A stretch of DNA of 64,000 nucleotides from Marispirochaeta sp. (GTDB taxonomy: Bacteria > Spirochaetota > Spirochaetia > JC444 > Marispirochaetaceae): positions 884,795 through 948,794 of the forward strand of contig CAXXFF010000001.1 of the NCBI GenBank assembly GCA_963676835.2. The letters are read 5' to 3'. Each line of letters begins with the position of its first letter. Positions within the stretch are counted from its first letter, which is position 1. The notes under the pieces are model-generated. The model made no database searches. It had not been told where the DNA came from and worked only from the letters and a program-made list of their open reading frames with translations. Below are positions 38,731-48,009 of this stretch, piece after piece. The position numbers were made by a program, and so were the translations under genes.

Positions 38731-40854
38731 GTGGCACGCACAGAGATTGATTTTGCATCTAATCCGTTAACCGAGGTTTACGGCTGCAACTCATTCAGTG
38801 ACGCTGTAATGCGGGAACGTCTTCCCAAAAGCATTTACAAGGCGGTCAAGAAAGTCCAGGCCGGCGAGGCCGAACTCAGCCTGGAAGTAGCAGAAGTAGT
38901 GGCTAACGCCATGAAAGACTGGGCTATTGAAAAGGGAGCTACCCACTATACCCACTGGTTCCAGCCCCTCACCGGTCTTACTGCAGAAAAACACGATTCT
39001 TTTATTTCTCCCACCAGCGATGGAAAGGTAATCATGGAGTTTTCCGGAAAGGAACTGATTCAGGGCGAGCCTGATGCATCTTCCTTCCCCTCCGGAGGTC
39101 TTCGTGCTACTTTCGAAGCCCGGGGCTATACTGCATGGGACACAACTTCTCCTGCTTTCCTCAAAGAGGATGCAACTGGAGTTACTCTCTACATCCCCAC
39201 AGCATTCATCTCCTACAACGGTGAAGCACTGGACAAGAAGGTTCCCCTTCTCCGTTCAATGGAAGCCATCAACAAACAGGCTCTCCGTATTCTCCGCGCC
39301 ATGGGCAATGATACCAGCAAGCGGGTAATTACCACTGTTGGTCCCGAGCAGGAATACTTCCTGATCGACGCTGAATACTACAAGAAACGGGCCGACCTTC
39401 TTCTTACAGGACGTACCGTTTTCGGTTCCATGCCTGCAAAAGGCCAGGAAATGGACGACCACTACTTCGGTACTATCAAGGAAAGAGTAGCGGACTACAT
39501 GAGAGAGCTTAACTACGAGCTCTGGAAACTGGGAATTTCCGCAAAAACCCAGCACAATGAAGTTGCTCCCGGCCAGTTCGAGCTTGCCACTATCTTTGAT
39601 TCTTCAAACGTAGCAACCGATATGAACCAGCTGGTTATGGAAACCATGAAGAGAATTGCCAGCCGTCAGGGACTTGCATGTCTTCTCCACGAGAAGCCCT
39701 TTGCAGGAGTTAACGGTTCCGGTAAGCACAACAACTGGTCCATGGGTACCGACGACGGAATCAACCTGCTTGAGCCCGGCGACAATCCCCACGACAATGC
39801 ACAGTTCATGCTTTTTGTAGCAGCAACCATCAAGGCTGTTGATACCTACTCCAAGATTCTGCGCATGTCTGCGGCAAATGCCGGAAACGATCACCGGCTT
39901 GGTGCCAACGAAGCACCTCCCGCGATCATCTCCATCTTCCTTGGCGATCAGCTTGAAAACATCCTTGAGGCTGTTTCAGGCAGTGCTGCGGCAAACAAGT
40001 CCGGCGGCGGAAAACTTGAACTCGGTGCAAGCACCCTGCCCAAGCTCCCCAGAGACATTACCGACCGTAACCGTACCAGCCCCTTTGCATTTACCGGTAA
40101 CAAGTTTGAGTTCCGCATGGTGCCCTCTTCCGAGTCTATCGCGGGCCCCAACGTTGTACTCAACACTGCAGTTGCAGAGATCCTTGCAGAGTATGCTGAC
40201 GAACTTGAGAAAGCATCTGACAAGACTGCAACAATCCAGAAGATTGTTAAAGAATCCTACCTTGCTCACAAGCGGGTTATCTTCAACGGTAACGGATACT
40301 CTGACGAGTGGGTTGCAGAAGCCGAAAAACGCGGTCTTCCCAACATCAAGTCCACCGTTGAGGCAATTGCTGAGATCATCAGCCCCGAATCTATTGCTCT
40401 CTTCGAGAAGCACAAGGTATTTACCAAGGAAGAGCTTGAGTCCCGCTATGAGGTTTACCTCGAGAAGTACTGCATGCAGCTGAACATTGAAGCCAGCGTA
40501 ATGGTTGAGATGGCTGATCTTGAGATCCTGCCTGCTGCGGCTGCCTACTCAAAGGAACTGGCGGACGGTGTTGCAGCAATTAAAGCTGCCGGTGCTGATG
40601 CATCCGCACAGATCGATCTGCTGAAGGCTATCGGAGTTGAACTGAAAGGCCTGAAAGCAAAATCCGATGAACTCAAGAAAGAGATCGAAGCTGCCAACGG
40701 TGCTTCTGATGCTTTCGCAATGGGCAAAGCGTTCAAGTTTACTGTTTATCCCAAGATGGAGGAGCTCCGTGCACACGGAGATGCTCTGGAGAAAATGGTA
40801 AGCAAGACCTACTGGCCTTTCCCCACTTACGAAGATCTTCTGTTCCGTCTGTAA
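38731..40854 (+). CDS. glnA: Glutamine synthetase type III (GlnN-type)
   Basis: 707 aa; HWFQPLTG.TAEKHD, GEPDASSFPSGGLR, HNEVAPGQFE, NGSGKHNNWS, DRNRTSPFAFTGNKFEFR. Confidence 0.96.
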   Translation: MARTEIDFASNPLTEVYGCNSFSDAVMRERLPKSIYKAVKKVQAGEAELSLEVAEVVANAMKDWAIEKGATHYTHWFQPLTGLTAEKHDSFISPTSDGKVIMEFSGKELIQGEPDASSFPSGGLRATFEARGYTAWDTTSPAFLKEDATGVTLYIPTAFISYNGEALDKKVPLLRSMEAINKQALRILRAMGNDTSKRVITTVGPEQEYFLIDAEYYKKRADLLLTGRTVFGSMPAKGQEMDDHYFGTIKERVADYMRELNYELWKLGISAKTQHNEVAPGQFELATIFDSSNVATDMNQLVMETMKRIASRQGLACLLHEKPFAGVNGSGKHNNWSMGTDDGINLLEPGDNPHDNAQFMLFVAATIKAVDTYSKILRMSAANAGNDHRLGANEAPPAIISIFLGDQLENILEAVSGSAAANKSGGGKLELGASTLPKLPRDITDRNRTSPFAFTGNKFEFRMVPSSESIAGPNVVLNTAVAEILAEYADELEKASDKTATIQKIVKESYLAHKRVIFNGNGYSDEWVAEAEKRGLPNIKSTVEAIAEIISPESIALFEKHKVFTKEELESRYEVYLEKYCMQLNIEASVMVEMADLEILPAAAAYSKELADGVAAIKAAGADASAQIDLLKAIGVELKGLKAKSDELKKEIEAANGASDAFAMGKAFKFTVYPKMEELRAHGDALEKMVSKTYWPFPTYEDLLFRL

Positions 40855-40877
40855 TATTTCAGATTACGGAAGAATTC

Positions 40878-40911
40878 AGAAAGCCCCGCATTTTCGCGGG
40901 GCTTTTCTTTT
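40878..40911 (+). terminator. Intrinsic terminator after glnA (possibly bidirectional)
   Basis: AAAGCCCCGC-attttc-GCGGGGCTTT followed by TCTTTT. Confidence 0.88.
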
Positions 40912-41011
40912 ATGGTGACCATAAAACAGATCACAGACCATAATCAACGTACAATTACAAACAAGCAGTTTTCAGATAACGGGTAAAATAGAAAAAAACC
41001 AGTTCAGACTG

Positions 41012-42736
41012 TCAGGTTTTTGCAGAACTGTCCTCAAAAAGCCCCATAAGCAGGTTAGCTCCCATAGCATCGGGATCTTTCATGCTTTCCATGGACTTCA
41101 GCAGATCCTTCAGCTCAAGAACCTCCTCCAGCAGAAGGAGCCGCACAAACTGTTCATGAGCAGGAGCGGTACGCACAGAAATGGTAGATCCTTTCTGCAC
41201 CAGACTGATAAGTACATCGTCCTTGCGGATATGATAGAGCCGTTCCCGTGCAGAATCGACCAGGTGAATAAAAAACTCCTCGTTCTGAAAGGCTTTCAGC
41301 ATCTCCTGACGCATAAAGTCAGTCATACGCAGAGAGGGAAACTCCAGATCGAAGGACTGTACCGGTTCATCGGAATGTTTTTCCGCCCGCTTGCGGGTAT
41401 ACCCGCTGCCACCTTCAAAACTGCGTATGAGCAGGGGAGGAGCTATTACGGTGGCAATCAGCAGGGTCATAATGGCTACCCCAAAAAGATCCTTGCCAAT
41501 AGCTCCGGATGAGAGACCGATTCCCGCAACAATAAGGGTAACTTCCCCCCGGGGAAGCATGCCTGCACCAATACGGAAGGCCCCTCTCAGGTTAAACCCG
41601 GTTAAGAGGCTCGGTATGCCGCATCCTATCAGCTTGCCGGCCACTGCCACAGCGGAATAGAGAAGTCCGAAGCCCAGGACAGGAACGAGAGAGGCAAAAT
41701 CCACCATCATTCCCATTACACAGAAGAATATAGGCACAAAGAAAGAGTAGAGCCCGGAAAGGTTTTCCCGAATTTCATGGGCAATATCTGTCTGGGACAG
41801 GGAAAGGCCGGTAACATAGGCCCCGATAATCATGGCAAGCCCCACCGTCTCGGACAGACCGGCCAGGACAAGGGCAATTCCAAAGGCAATTCCTGCTATG
41901 GTGTCCATACCCTCAAAATGCTTAAGCCCCTTTGTAAGCCGGGGTGCGATAAGAATACCGATGACTGTACAGACAAGCCAGAAACCGAATGCTTTGGCAG
42001 CAATTATTCCGATCCCGCCCCAGTCCAGGGCACTGCCGCTGGTCTCTGCTTTGGAGATACCTACTACAACTGCAAGGAGAATAATACCGACAACATCGTC
42101 GAGAACAGCAGCAGCAAGAATGGTTACGCCCTCAGGGGAGGACATTTTCTTCTTTTCCGAAAGAATACGGGCGGTAATGCCTACCGATGTTGCCGTAGAC
42201 AGGGTGCCGAGAAACAGAGCAGCAGGGTCGGTGAATGAGTGAACCTGGGGAAGAAAAAGTACCGCCGTAAGGTCTCCTAAAATAAAAGAAACCACAACCC
42301 CGCCAAGACCGACCACCGATCCAAGACCGGAAAAACGGAGAAACGTGGGAAGGTCGGTCTCAAGGCCTGCCAGAAAGAGCAGAATTATGGAGGCATGCAC
42401 CGCAAATCCATAGAGTTCCGGCTGTATGGGAAGAGCACCGTCGAAGACAGGAAAAAGAGGGCCATGAAGAAAGGGAATAATCAGCGATCCCAGGGCGTAT
42501 GGACCAATCAGCATCCCTGCCGCCAGTTCTCCGAGAACCCTGGGCTGCCGGAAAACCTGAACAAAAACATGCCCCATAACCTTGGCACTGATAATAACTG
42601 CCGCAAGCTGCAGCATGAGCCGGGTCATTACATGATTCATAGATTCCGATGAAGAGATTGCATGGGCGCTTTCACTGGATGCGAATAGAATAACCGGCAG
42701 TATCAGCACAAGGGAGATATACAGCTTTTTTTTCAT
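41012..42736 (-). CDS. CPA2-family cation:proton antiporter (NapA-like) with C-terminal extension
   Basis: P.VLGEL.AG, LF.AGLETD, ATSVGIT.RIL, AAVLDD, GM.PRGEV; soluble C-terminal tail. Confidence 0.9.
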   Translation of the reverse strand: MKKKLYISLVLILPVILFASSESAHAISSSESMNHVMTRLMLQLAAVIISAKVMGHVFVQVFRQPRVLGELAAGMLIGPYALGSLIIPFLHGPLFPVFDGALPIQPELYGFAVHASIILLFLAGLETDLPTFLRFSGLGSVVGLGGVVVSFILGDLTAVLFLPQVHSFTDPAALFLGTLSTATSVGITARILSEKKKMSSPEGVTILAAAVLDDVVGIILLAVVVGISKAETSGSALDWGGIGIIAAKAFGFWLVCTVIGILIAPRLTKGLKHFEGMDTIAGIAFGIALVLAGLSETVGLAMIIGAYVTGLSLSQTDIAHEIRENLSGLYSFFVPIFFCVMGMMVDFASLVPVLGFGLLYSAVAVAGKLIGCGIPSLLTGFNLRGAFRIGAGMLPRGEVTLIVAGIGLSSGAIGKDLFGVAIMTLLIATVIAPPLLIRSFEGGSGYTRKRAEKHSDEPVQSFDLEFPSLRMTDFMRQEMLKAFQNEEFFIHLVDSARERLYHIRKDDVLISLVQKGSTISVRTAPAHEQFVRLLLLEEVLELKDLLKSMESMKDPDAMGANLLMGLFEDSSAKT

Positions 42737-42751
42737 CTGGCAGGCCTCATT

Positions 42752-43195
42752 TTAGTGAAAAAGATCGAGCAGCTCCTGGGAACTGGCAGCCTTTAATATG
42801 CGTTCTCTATCTTCCGCAGTTTTGAGAAGCTGACTTATCTCTGCCAGGAACTGAACGTGCGGGCCCGTTCTGCTGGTAGGAGACAGGGTCATAATGAATA
42901 TTCTACTGGGCTCACCGTCCAGAGCCTGGAAATCAAGTCCTTCCTTTTTTATCCCTATGCAGGCAACCAGTTCATCAACGGCATCGCTTTTGCCATGGGG
43001 AATAGCTACTCCATGCTGAATACCGGTGGACATCTTATCTTCGCGGTCAAGTATAGCCGCAAGAGCAGCCTCCCGGTCGGAGACTTTTCCGCCCTTCATC
43101 AACAGATCCAGAAGCTCTTCCAGTACATCCTTTTTATTGGCGGACTGCAGGTTTATTGAAACAACTTCATTATTAAGTATTTTTCGCAGGTTCAT
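42752..43195 (-). CDS. PTS EIIA (Ntr/fructose-mannitol family) domain protein
   Basis: RE..MSTGI..GVAIPH(G) phospho-His motif, H...LA.IS. Confidence 0.92.
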   Translation of the reverse strand: MNLRKILNNEVVSINLQSANKKDVLEELLDLLMKGGKVSDREAALAAILDREDKMSTGIQHGVAIPHGKSDAVDELVACIGIKKEGLDFQALDGEPSRIFIMTLSPTSRTGPHVQFLAEISQLLKTAEDRERILKAASSQELLDLFH

Positions 43196-43201
43196 AAAGC
43201 A

Positions 43202-43230
43202 ACTGTAAAATGGTCCTACCCGGTTGTCAA
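43202..43230 (-). promoter_or_regulatory. Sigma-70 promoter, leaderless configuration
   Basis: TTGACA-17-TACAGT, then 6 nt to ATG 43195. Confidence 0.8.
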
Positions 43231-43430
43231 CAAACTTTTCCCACCGTAAAAACAGAACATTCTTATTTTTTCACTACCACACCCGGCAAACATTCCGTAT
43301 AACCTTGTTTCTTCAGCACTTTTACAGTAGATCAACAACATAAACACTCCTGTTTTTATTAATTTTAGTTGATTTCACCATCTATTGAACGCATATTTCG
43401 CATATTTGCCCTTTTTTCGGTTTATTTTAC

Positions 43431-43459
43431 TTGACCAAACGTAGCGCAACTCTTACTAT
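43431..43459 (+). promoter_or_regulatory. Sigma-70 promoter of ilvBN
   Basis: TTGACC-17-TACTAT. Confidence 0.7.
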
Positions 43460-43530
43460 CAACTAAAGCTGCACGAAAAAATGACAAAAGCAATCGTACA
43501 GCAGAGCCACTGAGAAATATGGAGACAATA

Positions 43531-45249
43531 ATGACCAAAAACCTCAGAACCGGCGCAGAAGTTCTTGTTGATATTATTCAGCAACAGGGAGTTGAGTACA
43601 TTTTCGGCTATCCCGGCGGAAATGCAATTCCCGTTTTCGATGCTCTGGTAGATTCACCGATGAAATTAATCCTCACCCGGCATGAGCAGGGTGCAACCCA
43701 CATGGCCGACGGCTTTGCCCGGGCCACCGGTAAACCCGGTGTCGTCCTGGTAACCTCCGGGCCCGGTGCGACAAATACAATCACCGGCATACTTACAGCC
43801 CAGATGGATTCAGTTCCCATGGTTATTATCTGCGGCCAGCAGCTTACCACCAACCTCGGTCTGGATACCTTTCAGGAAGCGGATGTATCCGGCATCTCCT
43901 ATCCGGTAGTAAAACACTCCTACCTGATTAAAGACCCCCAGGATATTCCCCGGATCGTACGGGAGGCTTTCCATCTTGCCGTAAGCGGAAGACCCGGCCC
44001 GGTCCTTATCGATCTGCCCAAGAACGTATCCAGCGCCATGATCGATCCCACATACAACGAGGACTTTCACCTTCCCGGCTATGTTATCCCCAGCGAAGGC
44101 GATGTAAATGCCATAGAAACCGCGGCCGAAATGCTGAACCGTGCCCGGAGGCCTCTGCTCCTGGTAGGACATGGTGCAGTTATTTCAGGAGCCGCAAAAA
44201 CGGTGACCTACCTGGCTGAAAAAATGCAGATCCCCGTGGTTAATACCCTGCTTGGGAAAGGATGCGTACCCGAAACCCACGAACTCAACCTGGGAATGCT
44301 GGGGATGCACGGCACAGCCTATGCCAATAAAGCGGTGGAAAACTGCGATCTGATCATGTCCATCGGATCCCGCTGGGACGACAGAATCACCGGGAAACTT
44401 GATGAGTTCTGTGCCAGTGCGGTTAAGATCCATATAGATATTGACCCGGCGGAGATTAACAAAACCGTCCAGGTTGACTGTGAAATAGTCGGAGACGCCC
44501 GTCAGGTTACCGAAGCCATTGCCGCAATAGCAACTCCGGGAGACACAAAAGACTGGCTGACAGAAGTAAAACGCTACCGCAAAAACTTTCCCCTTAAATA
44601 CCGCAAGGAAGGCAAGCTCAAAGCGGAGCATGTTATTGATGAACTTTACAAACTAACCAACGGCGATGCGGTAGTAACCACCGATGTCGGTCAGCATCAG
44701 ATGTGGGCAGCCCAGTTCTACCCCATATCCCATCGTTACCAGTGGATCAGCTCCGGAGGCGCCGGAACCATGGGCTTCGGCTTCCCCGCCGCAATTGGAG
44801 CAGCTCTTGGTGAACCGGATAAAACAGTTGTAGCCATTGTGGGTGACGGCGGATTTCAGATGACCCTCTGTGAACTGGCAACTGCGGTTATCAACAAACT
44901 GCCGTTGAAAGTGCTTATCATCAATAACAACTATCTGGGCATGGTGCGGCAGTGGCAGAATATGTTCTACGACAACCGGCTTTCCGGTGTAGACATGATA
45001 GGCAACCCCAATTTTGTAAAGCTTGCAGAAAGCTATGGATGTAAAGGCTTCCGGATCAAGCGCAGTGCCGATGTCCGCAGGGTACTTAAGGCCGCCCTGG
45101 ACTACAATGACGGCCCCTGCATAATCGAGGCGGAAGTCGAAAAAGAAGACAACGTATTCCCCATGATTCCATCGGGTGCACCCTACAGCGCCATGCTGCT
45201 TGAGGTACCCAAGAATGTGAAGCTGGAAAAACCCACAGGAGGAACATAA
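43531..45249 (+). CDS. ilvB: Acetolactate synthase large subunit
   Basis: [38 protein letters not shown] motif, [12 protein letters not shown] before ATG 43531 (alternative start 43519). Confidence 0.96.
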   Translation: MTKNLRTGAEVLVDIIQQQGVEYIFGYPGGNAIPVFDALVDSPMKLILTRHEQGATHMADGFARATGKPGVVLVTSGPGATNTITGILTAQMDSVPMVIICGQQLTTNLGLDTFQEADVSGISYPVVKHSYLIKDPQDIPRIVREAFHLAVSGRPGPVLIDLPKNVSSAMIDPTYNEDFHLPGYVIPSEGDVNAIETAAEMLNRARRPLLLVGHGAVISGAAKTVTYLAEKMQIPVVNTLLGKGCVPETHELNLGMLGMHGTAYANKAVENCDLIMSIGSRWDDRITGKLDEFCASAVKIHIDIDPAEINKTVQVDCEIVGDARQVTEAIAAIATPGDTKDWLTEVKRYRKNFPLKYRKEGKLKAEHVIDELYKLTNGDAVVTTDVGQHQMWAAQFYPISHRYQWISSGGAGTMGFGFPAAIGAALGEPDKTVVAIVGDGGFQMTLCELATAVINKLPLKVLIINNNYLGMVRQWQNMFYDNRLSGVDMIGNPNFVKLAESYGCKGFRIKRSADVRRVLKAALDYNDGPCIIEAEVEKEDNVFPMIPSGAPYSAMLLEVPKNVKLEKPTGGT

Positions 45250-45758
45250 TGAGCAGCACCGATCTTTCCAACCGTCAGCATATAATCAGCCTGTATGTGG
45301 CAAACAAGCCTGGCGTCCTGATTCGGGTATCCCTTGTTTTTGCCCGGCGGGGCTACAACATCGACAGTCTGGTTGTATCCAGTGCTCATGACCCCAAGTT
45401 TTCCCATATGAATATTGCAGCAACCGGGGACGCGAAGACTCTTGACCAGATACTGAAACAGCTTAACAAGCTGATCGATGTGGTGCATGCCACGGACAAC
45501 ATCGCCGAAAACGTAATACAGAAAGAGCTTCTGCTGATAAAGCTGACCTGCAGCCCGGACAAACGGCCGGAGGTACTGCAGATTGCAGCCGCCTTCAACA
45601 GTGAGATCGTTGATATGAGCGATACCACCCTTACCCTTGAAGTTTCCGGTGATTCGGAAAAACTCGACCGTGTACATGCCATGTGCAGCTTCTACGGAGT
45701 TGTAGAGATGGTCCGGTCCGGAAAAATTCTTATCGCCAAAGGCGAAAAAGCCACCTGA
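45249..45758 (+). CDS. ilvN: Acetolactate synthase small regulatory subunit
   Basis: NKPGVL.RV..VFARRGYNIDSL ACT domain; TAATG overlap with ilvB. Confidence 0.95.
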   Translation: MSSTDLSNRQHIISLYVANKPGVLIRVSLVFARRGYNIDSLVVSSAHDPKFSHMNIAATGDAKTLDQILKQLNKLIDVVHATDNIAENVIQKELLLIKLTCSPDKRPEVLQIAAAFNSEIVDMSDTTLTLEVSGDSEKLDRVHAMCSFYGVVEMVRSGKILIAKGEKAT

Positions 45759-45770
45759 TTAAGCCCAGCA

Positions 45771-45812
45771 TCTCCCGTCTTCCCTTTATCCGGAAAGACG
45801 GGAGACCGTTTT
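45771..45812 (+). terminator. Probable terminator hairpin after ilvN
   Basis: TCTCCCGTCTT / AAGACGGGAGA inverted repeat followed by CCGTTTT. Confidence 0.65.
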
Positions 45813-45948
45813 ATACCTTCCACAACTCTATCTTCTGCAACCGACTGCACTTACTTGAAAGCCCGGGAAAAGAGGGATACATTGTACATAGACCTTTTCG
45901 ATAAGCCTGAAAACAGAACGGACTGAATCCGGAGCGAAAAAAGGGAGC

Positions 45949-46851
45949 ATGGCAATGAAAAAAAATCCACTTCTTTATCTTCTGGTTTTTATTACCCTTA
46001 TAAGCGGCGGGCTTTACGCCCAGAACTTTACCATTACCTACATGAGCGGAGACGCATTTCTCCTCTCCCGGGGAGGTGAAGAATATCTTGACATCGGCAG
46101 CAGCGTAAGCCGTACTGCCCGGATATTGATCGAGGACGATACTGTTGTGGAACTGGAAGGTGGAGGCAAAAGCCTTACCCTGACAGGCCCCGGAACCTAC
46201 GAACTTGCATCTGTTCTCGGGCAGGCCCAAAAACGGGACAACACCCCCCTCTCCAATCTTCTGGGAAACCGTATCAGCAGACTGATTTCCGATGACGCCG
46301 TGGTTAACCCTTCCAGTGTAATGGGTGTCCGTGGAGCGGCTCAGGATGAGGCAGAACTCACCTGGCTCAGCGGCGAGAGTGAGGTCTTTATCGGAACCGG
46401 CAGAGAAAAACTGCAGCAGGGCGATGTAAAAGGGGCTTTGGATACCTTCAGTGAAGGTCTTGAGATTGCCCGGGATTTCGGTGAAATTGAGTCGGAAATG
46501 GAACTCACCTTTTTAGTATCCTACAGCCAGGCCATGACAGGCCATCCCGGTCCTGCACTGAATACCCTGAAATCCATCGAAGCCAACCCCTATGCACCAT
46601 GGTATGCAGAGTACCGTCTCTATCATGCACAGCTGCTGCTGAATTCCGGCAACCCTGCAAAGGCAGCAGGTGTACTTCAGCAGAATGAAAAGGTTCTGCC
46701 CCTGGAAAGGGAAGAGGAAAAACTGCTTTTAGGCATATCCCTGTATGAATCCGGCGGAGCAAACCGGCAGAAAGGTAATGCAATGCTTACCGCCATTGCG
46801 TCAGGAAACACGGAAGCCGCTCAGGTTGCTGCTGCATATTTGAAAAATTAA
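45949..46851 (+). CDS. Secreted FecR-like + TPR protein
   Basis: Signal peptide, SSVMGVRG FecR-like motif, TPR-like helices; TTGAAA-17-TACATT promoter at 45855-45883. Confidence 0.6.
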   Translation: MAMKKNPLLYLLVFITLISGGLYAQNFTITYMSGDAFLLSRGGEEYLDIGSSVSRTARILIEDDTVVELEGGGKSLTLTGPGTYELASVLGQAQKRDNTPLSNLLGNRISRLISDDAVVNPSSVMGVRGAAQDEAELTWLSGESEVFIGTGREKLQQGDVKGALDTFSEGLEIARDFGEIESEMELTFLVSYSQAMTGHPGPALNTLKSIEANPYAPWYAEYRLYHAQLLLNSGNPAKAAGVLQQNEKVLPLEREEEKLLLGISLYESGGANRQKGNAMLTAIASGNTEAAQVAAAYLKN

Positions 46852-46897
46852 TCCCCTTCAGTAAAATCAAAAGAAGCGTAATGCGGTATCTACAGGT

Positions 46898-47569
46898 ATG
46901 GATACCGCATACGATTTAAATTGCCCTACTCCGCAGGAACTACCCAGAGAACAGATTGCCCGGCAGGGAACAACTACAATTTCTGATGAGAACCTTTTAA
47001 CCGCCATCCTCGGTTCGGGCATACGGGGACACCGGGTGGAAACCATTGCCAGAAGTCTGCTGGAATGCTTTGACCGTAATCAAGGCCCTCCTGCACTAGA
47101 AGACCTCACCAACATCCCCGGAATGGGAGCTGCCAAAGCAACCCAGATTCTGGCCTTCTGGGAATTCTGCCGCCGCAGACTGAAACCCGCCGAAAGCACC
47201 GTTAGAAGCCCGGAGGACCTGATACCCCTTATACGCCATTTCGGCAGCAGGCGCCAGGAGCACTTCCTGTGCATAACCTTAAACGGAGCCCATGAGGTTA
47301 CCGGCATCCATACCGTATCTGTAGGGCTGGTAAACCGTACCCTGGTACACCCCCGGGAGGTGTTCCGCCCTGCCCTGGAGGAATCAGCAGCCGCAATAAT
47401 CTGTGCCCACAACCATCCCTCAGGGCACCTGGAACCGAGCAGCGAGGATACGGAAATTACCCGCCGCCTTTCGGAAGCGGGACGAATCCTCGGCATTCCG
47501 GTACTGGATCATATTATTTTTTACGGAAGCAGGTTTTACAGTTTCCTGTCCGACGGGAAGATTGAGTAG
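46898..47569 (+). CDS. radC: RadC / UPF0758 JAB-domain protein
   Basis: PRE, HhH GMG.AKA, VHPREVF, HNHPSG..EPS.ED, LDHII. Confidence 0.93.
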   Translation: MDTAYDLNCPTPQELPREQIARQGTTTISDENLLTAILGSGIRGHRVETIARSLLECFDRNQGPPALEDLTNIPGMGAAKATQILAFWEFCRRRLKPAESTVRSPEDLIPLIRHFGSRRQEHFLCITLNGAHEVTGIHTVSVGLVNRTLVHPREVFRPALEESAAAIICAHNHPSGHLEPSSEDTEITRRLSEAGRILGIPVLDHIIFYGSRFYSFLSDGKIE

Positions 47570-47577
47570 AAGGAAAA

Positions 47578-48009
47578 TTACAGCTTCGGCAGCTCAACCA
47601 CATGCCAGTAGCGATCCAGCATGCCCACAAGATTAAGAAACCCCCTACCGGCATCCGATTTCACAATGTAGCCGGCAATTGAATGGCTGTACGATCTGGT
47701 GATATCCTGGTCATCGGTACTGGTTGTTAAAACAAAAACAATAGATTCCTTAAGCTTCTCATCCTTCCGTATTTCTTCAAGGAATTCCAAACCGTTCATG
47801 CGGGGCATATTCAGATCAAGGAGAATTATATAAGGTGACTCAATGCTGTTACCACTCTGCCCCCGGAGAATCTCCAGCGCCTCGACGCCGTCTTTTGCCC
47901 GCAGAATATCATTGGCAATCTTTTCCTTAAAAAACGCACGCTGAACACCCATGGCATCTATATCATCATCTTCTACCAGAAGAATCCGCACTTCATCAGT
48001 CTTCATCAT
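47578..48009 (-). CDS. Single-domain response regulator (Rcp1-like)
   Basis: ILLVEDD, LLDLNMPRMNG, VLTTS, YIVK. Confidence 0.92.
   Translation of the reverse strand: MMKTDEVRILLVEDDDIDAMGVQRAFFKEKIANDILRAKDGVEALEILRGQSGNSIESPYIILLDLNMPRMNGLEFLEEIRKDEKLKESIVFVLTTSTDDQDITRSYSHSIAGYIVKSDAGRGFLNLVGMLDRYWHVVELPKL

Noticed and set aside
43390..43407. CGCATATTT direct repeat upstream of the ilvB -35
   Set aside because: A two-copy 9-mer; it may be a regulator site but cannot be assigned
43481..43513. u[13 protein letters not shown] as an ilv attenuator leader
   Set aside because: Only one Ile and one Val codon, no SD and no terminator/antiterminator hairpin
46898..47569. radC as a marker of a mobile element
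   Set aside because: It is the full-length chromosomal type with an HhH region; no integrase, transposase or att-like repeats seen nearby
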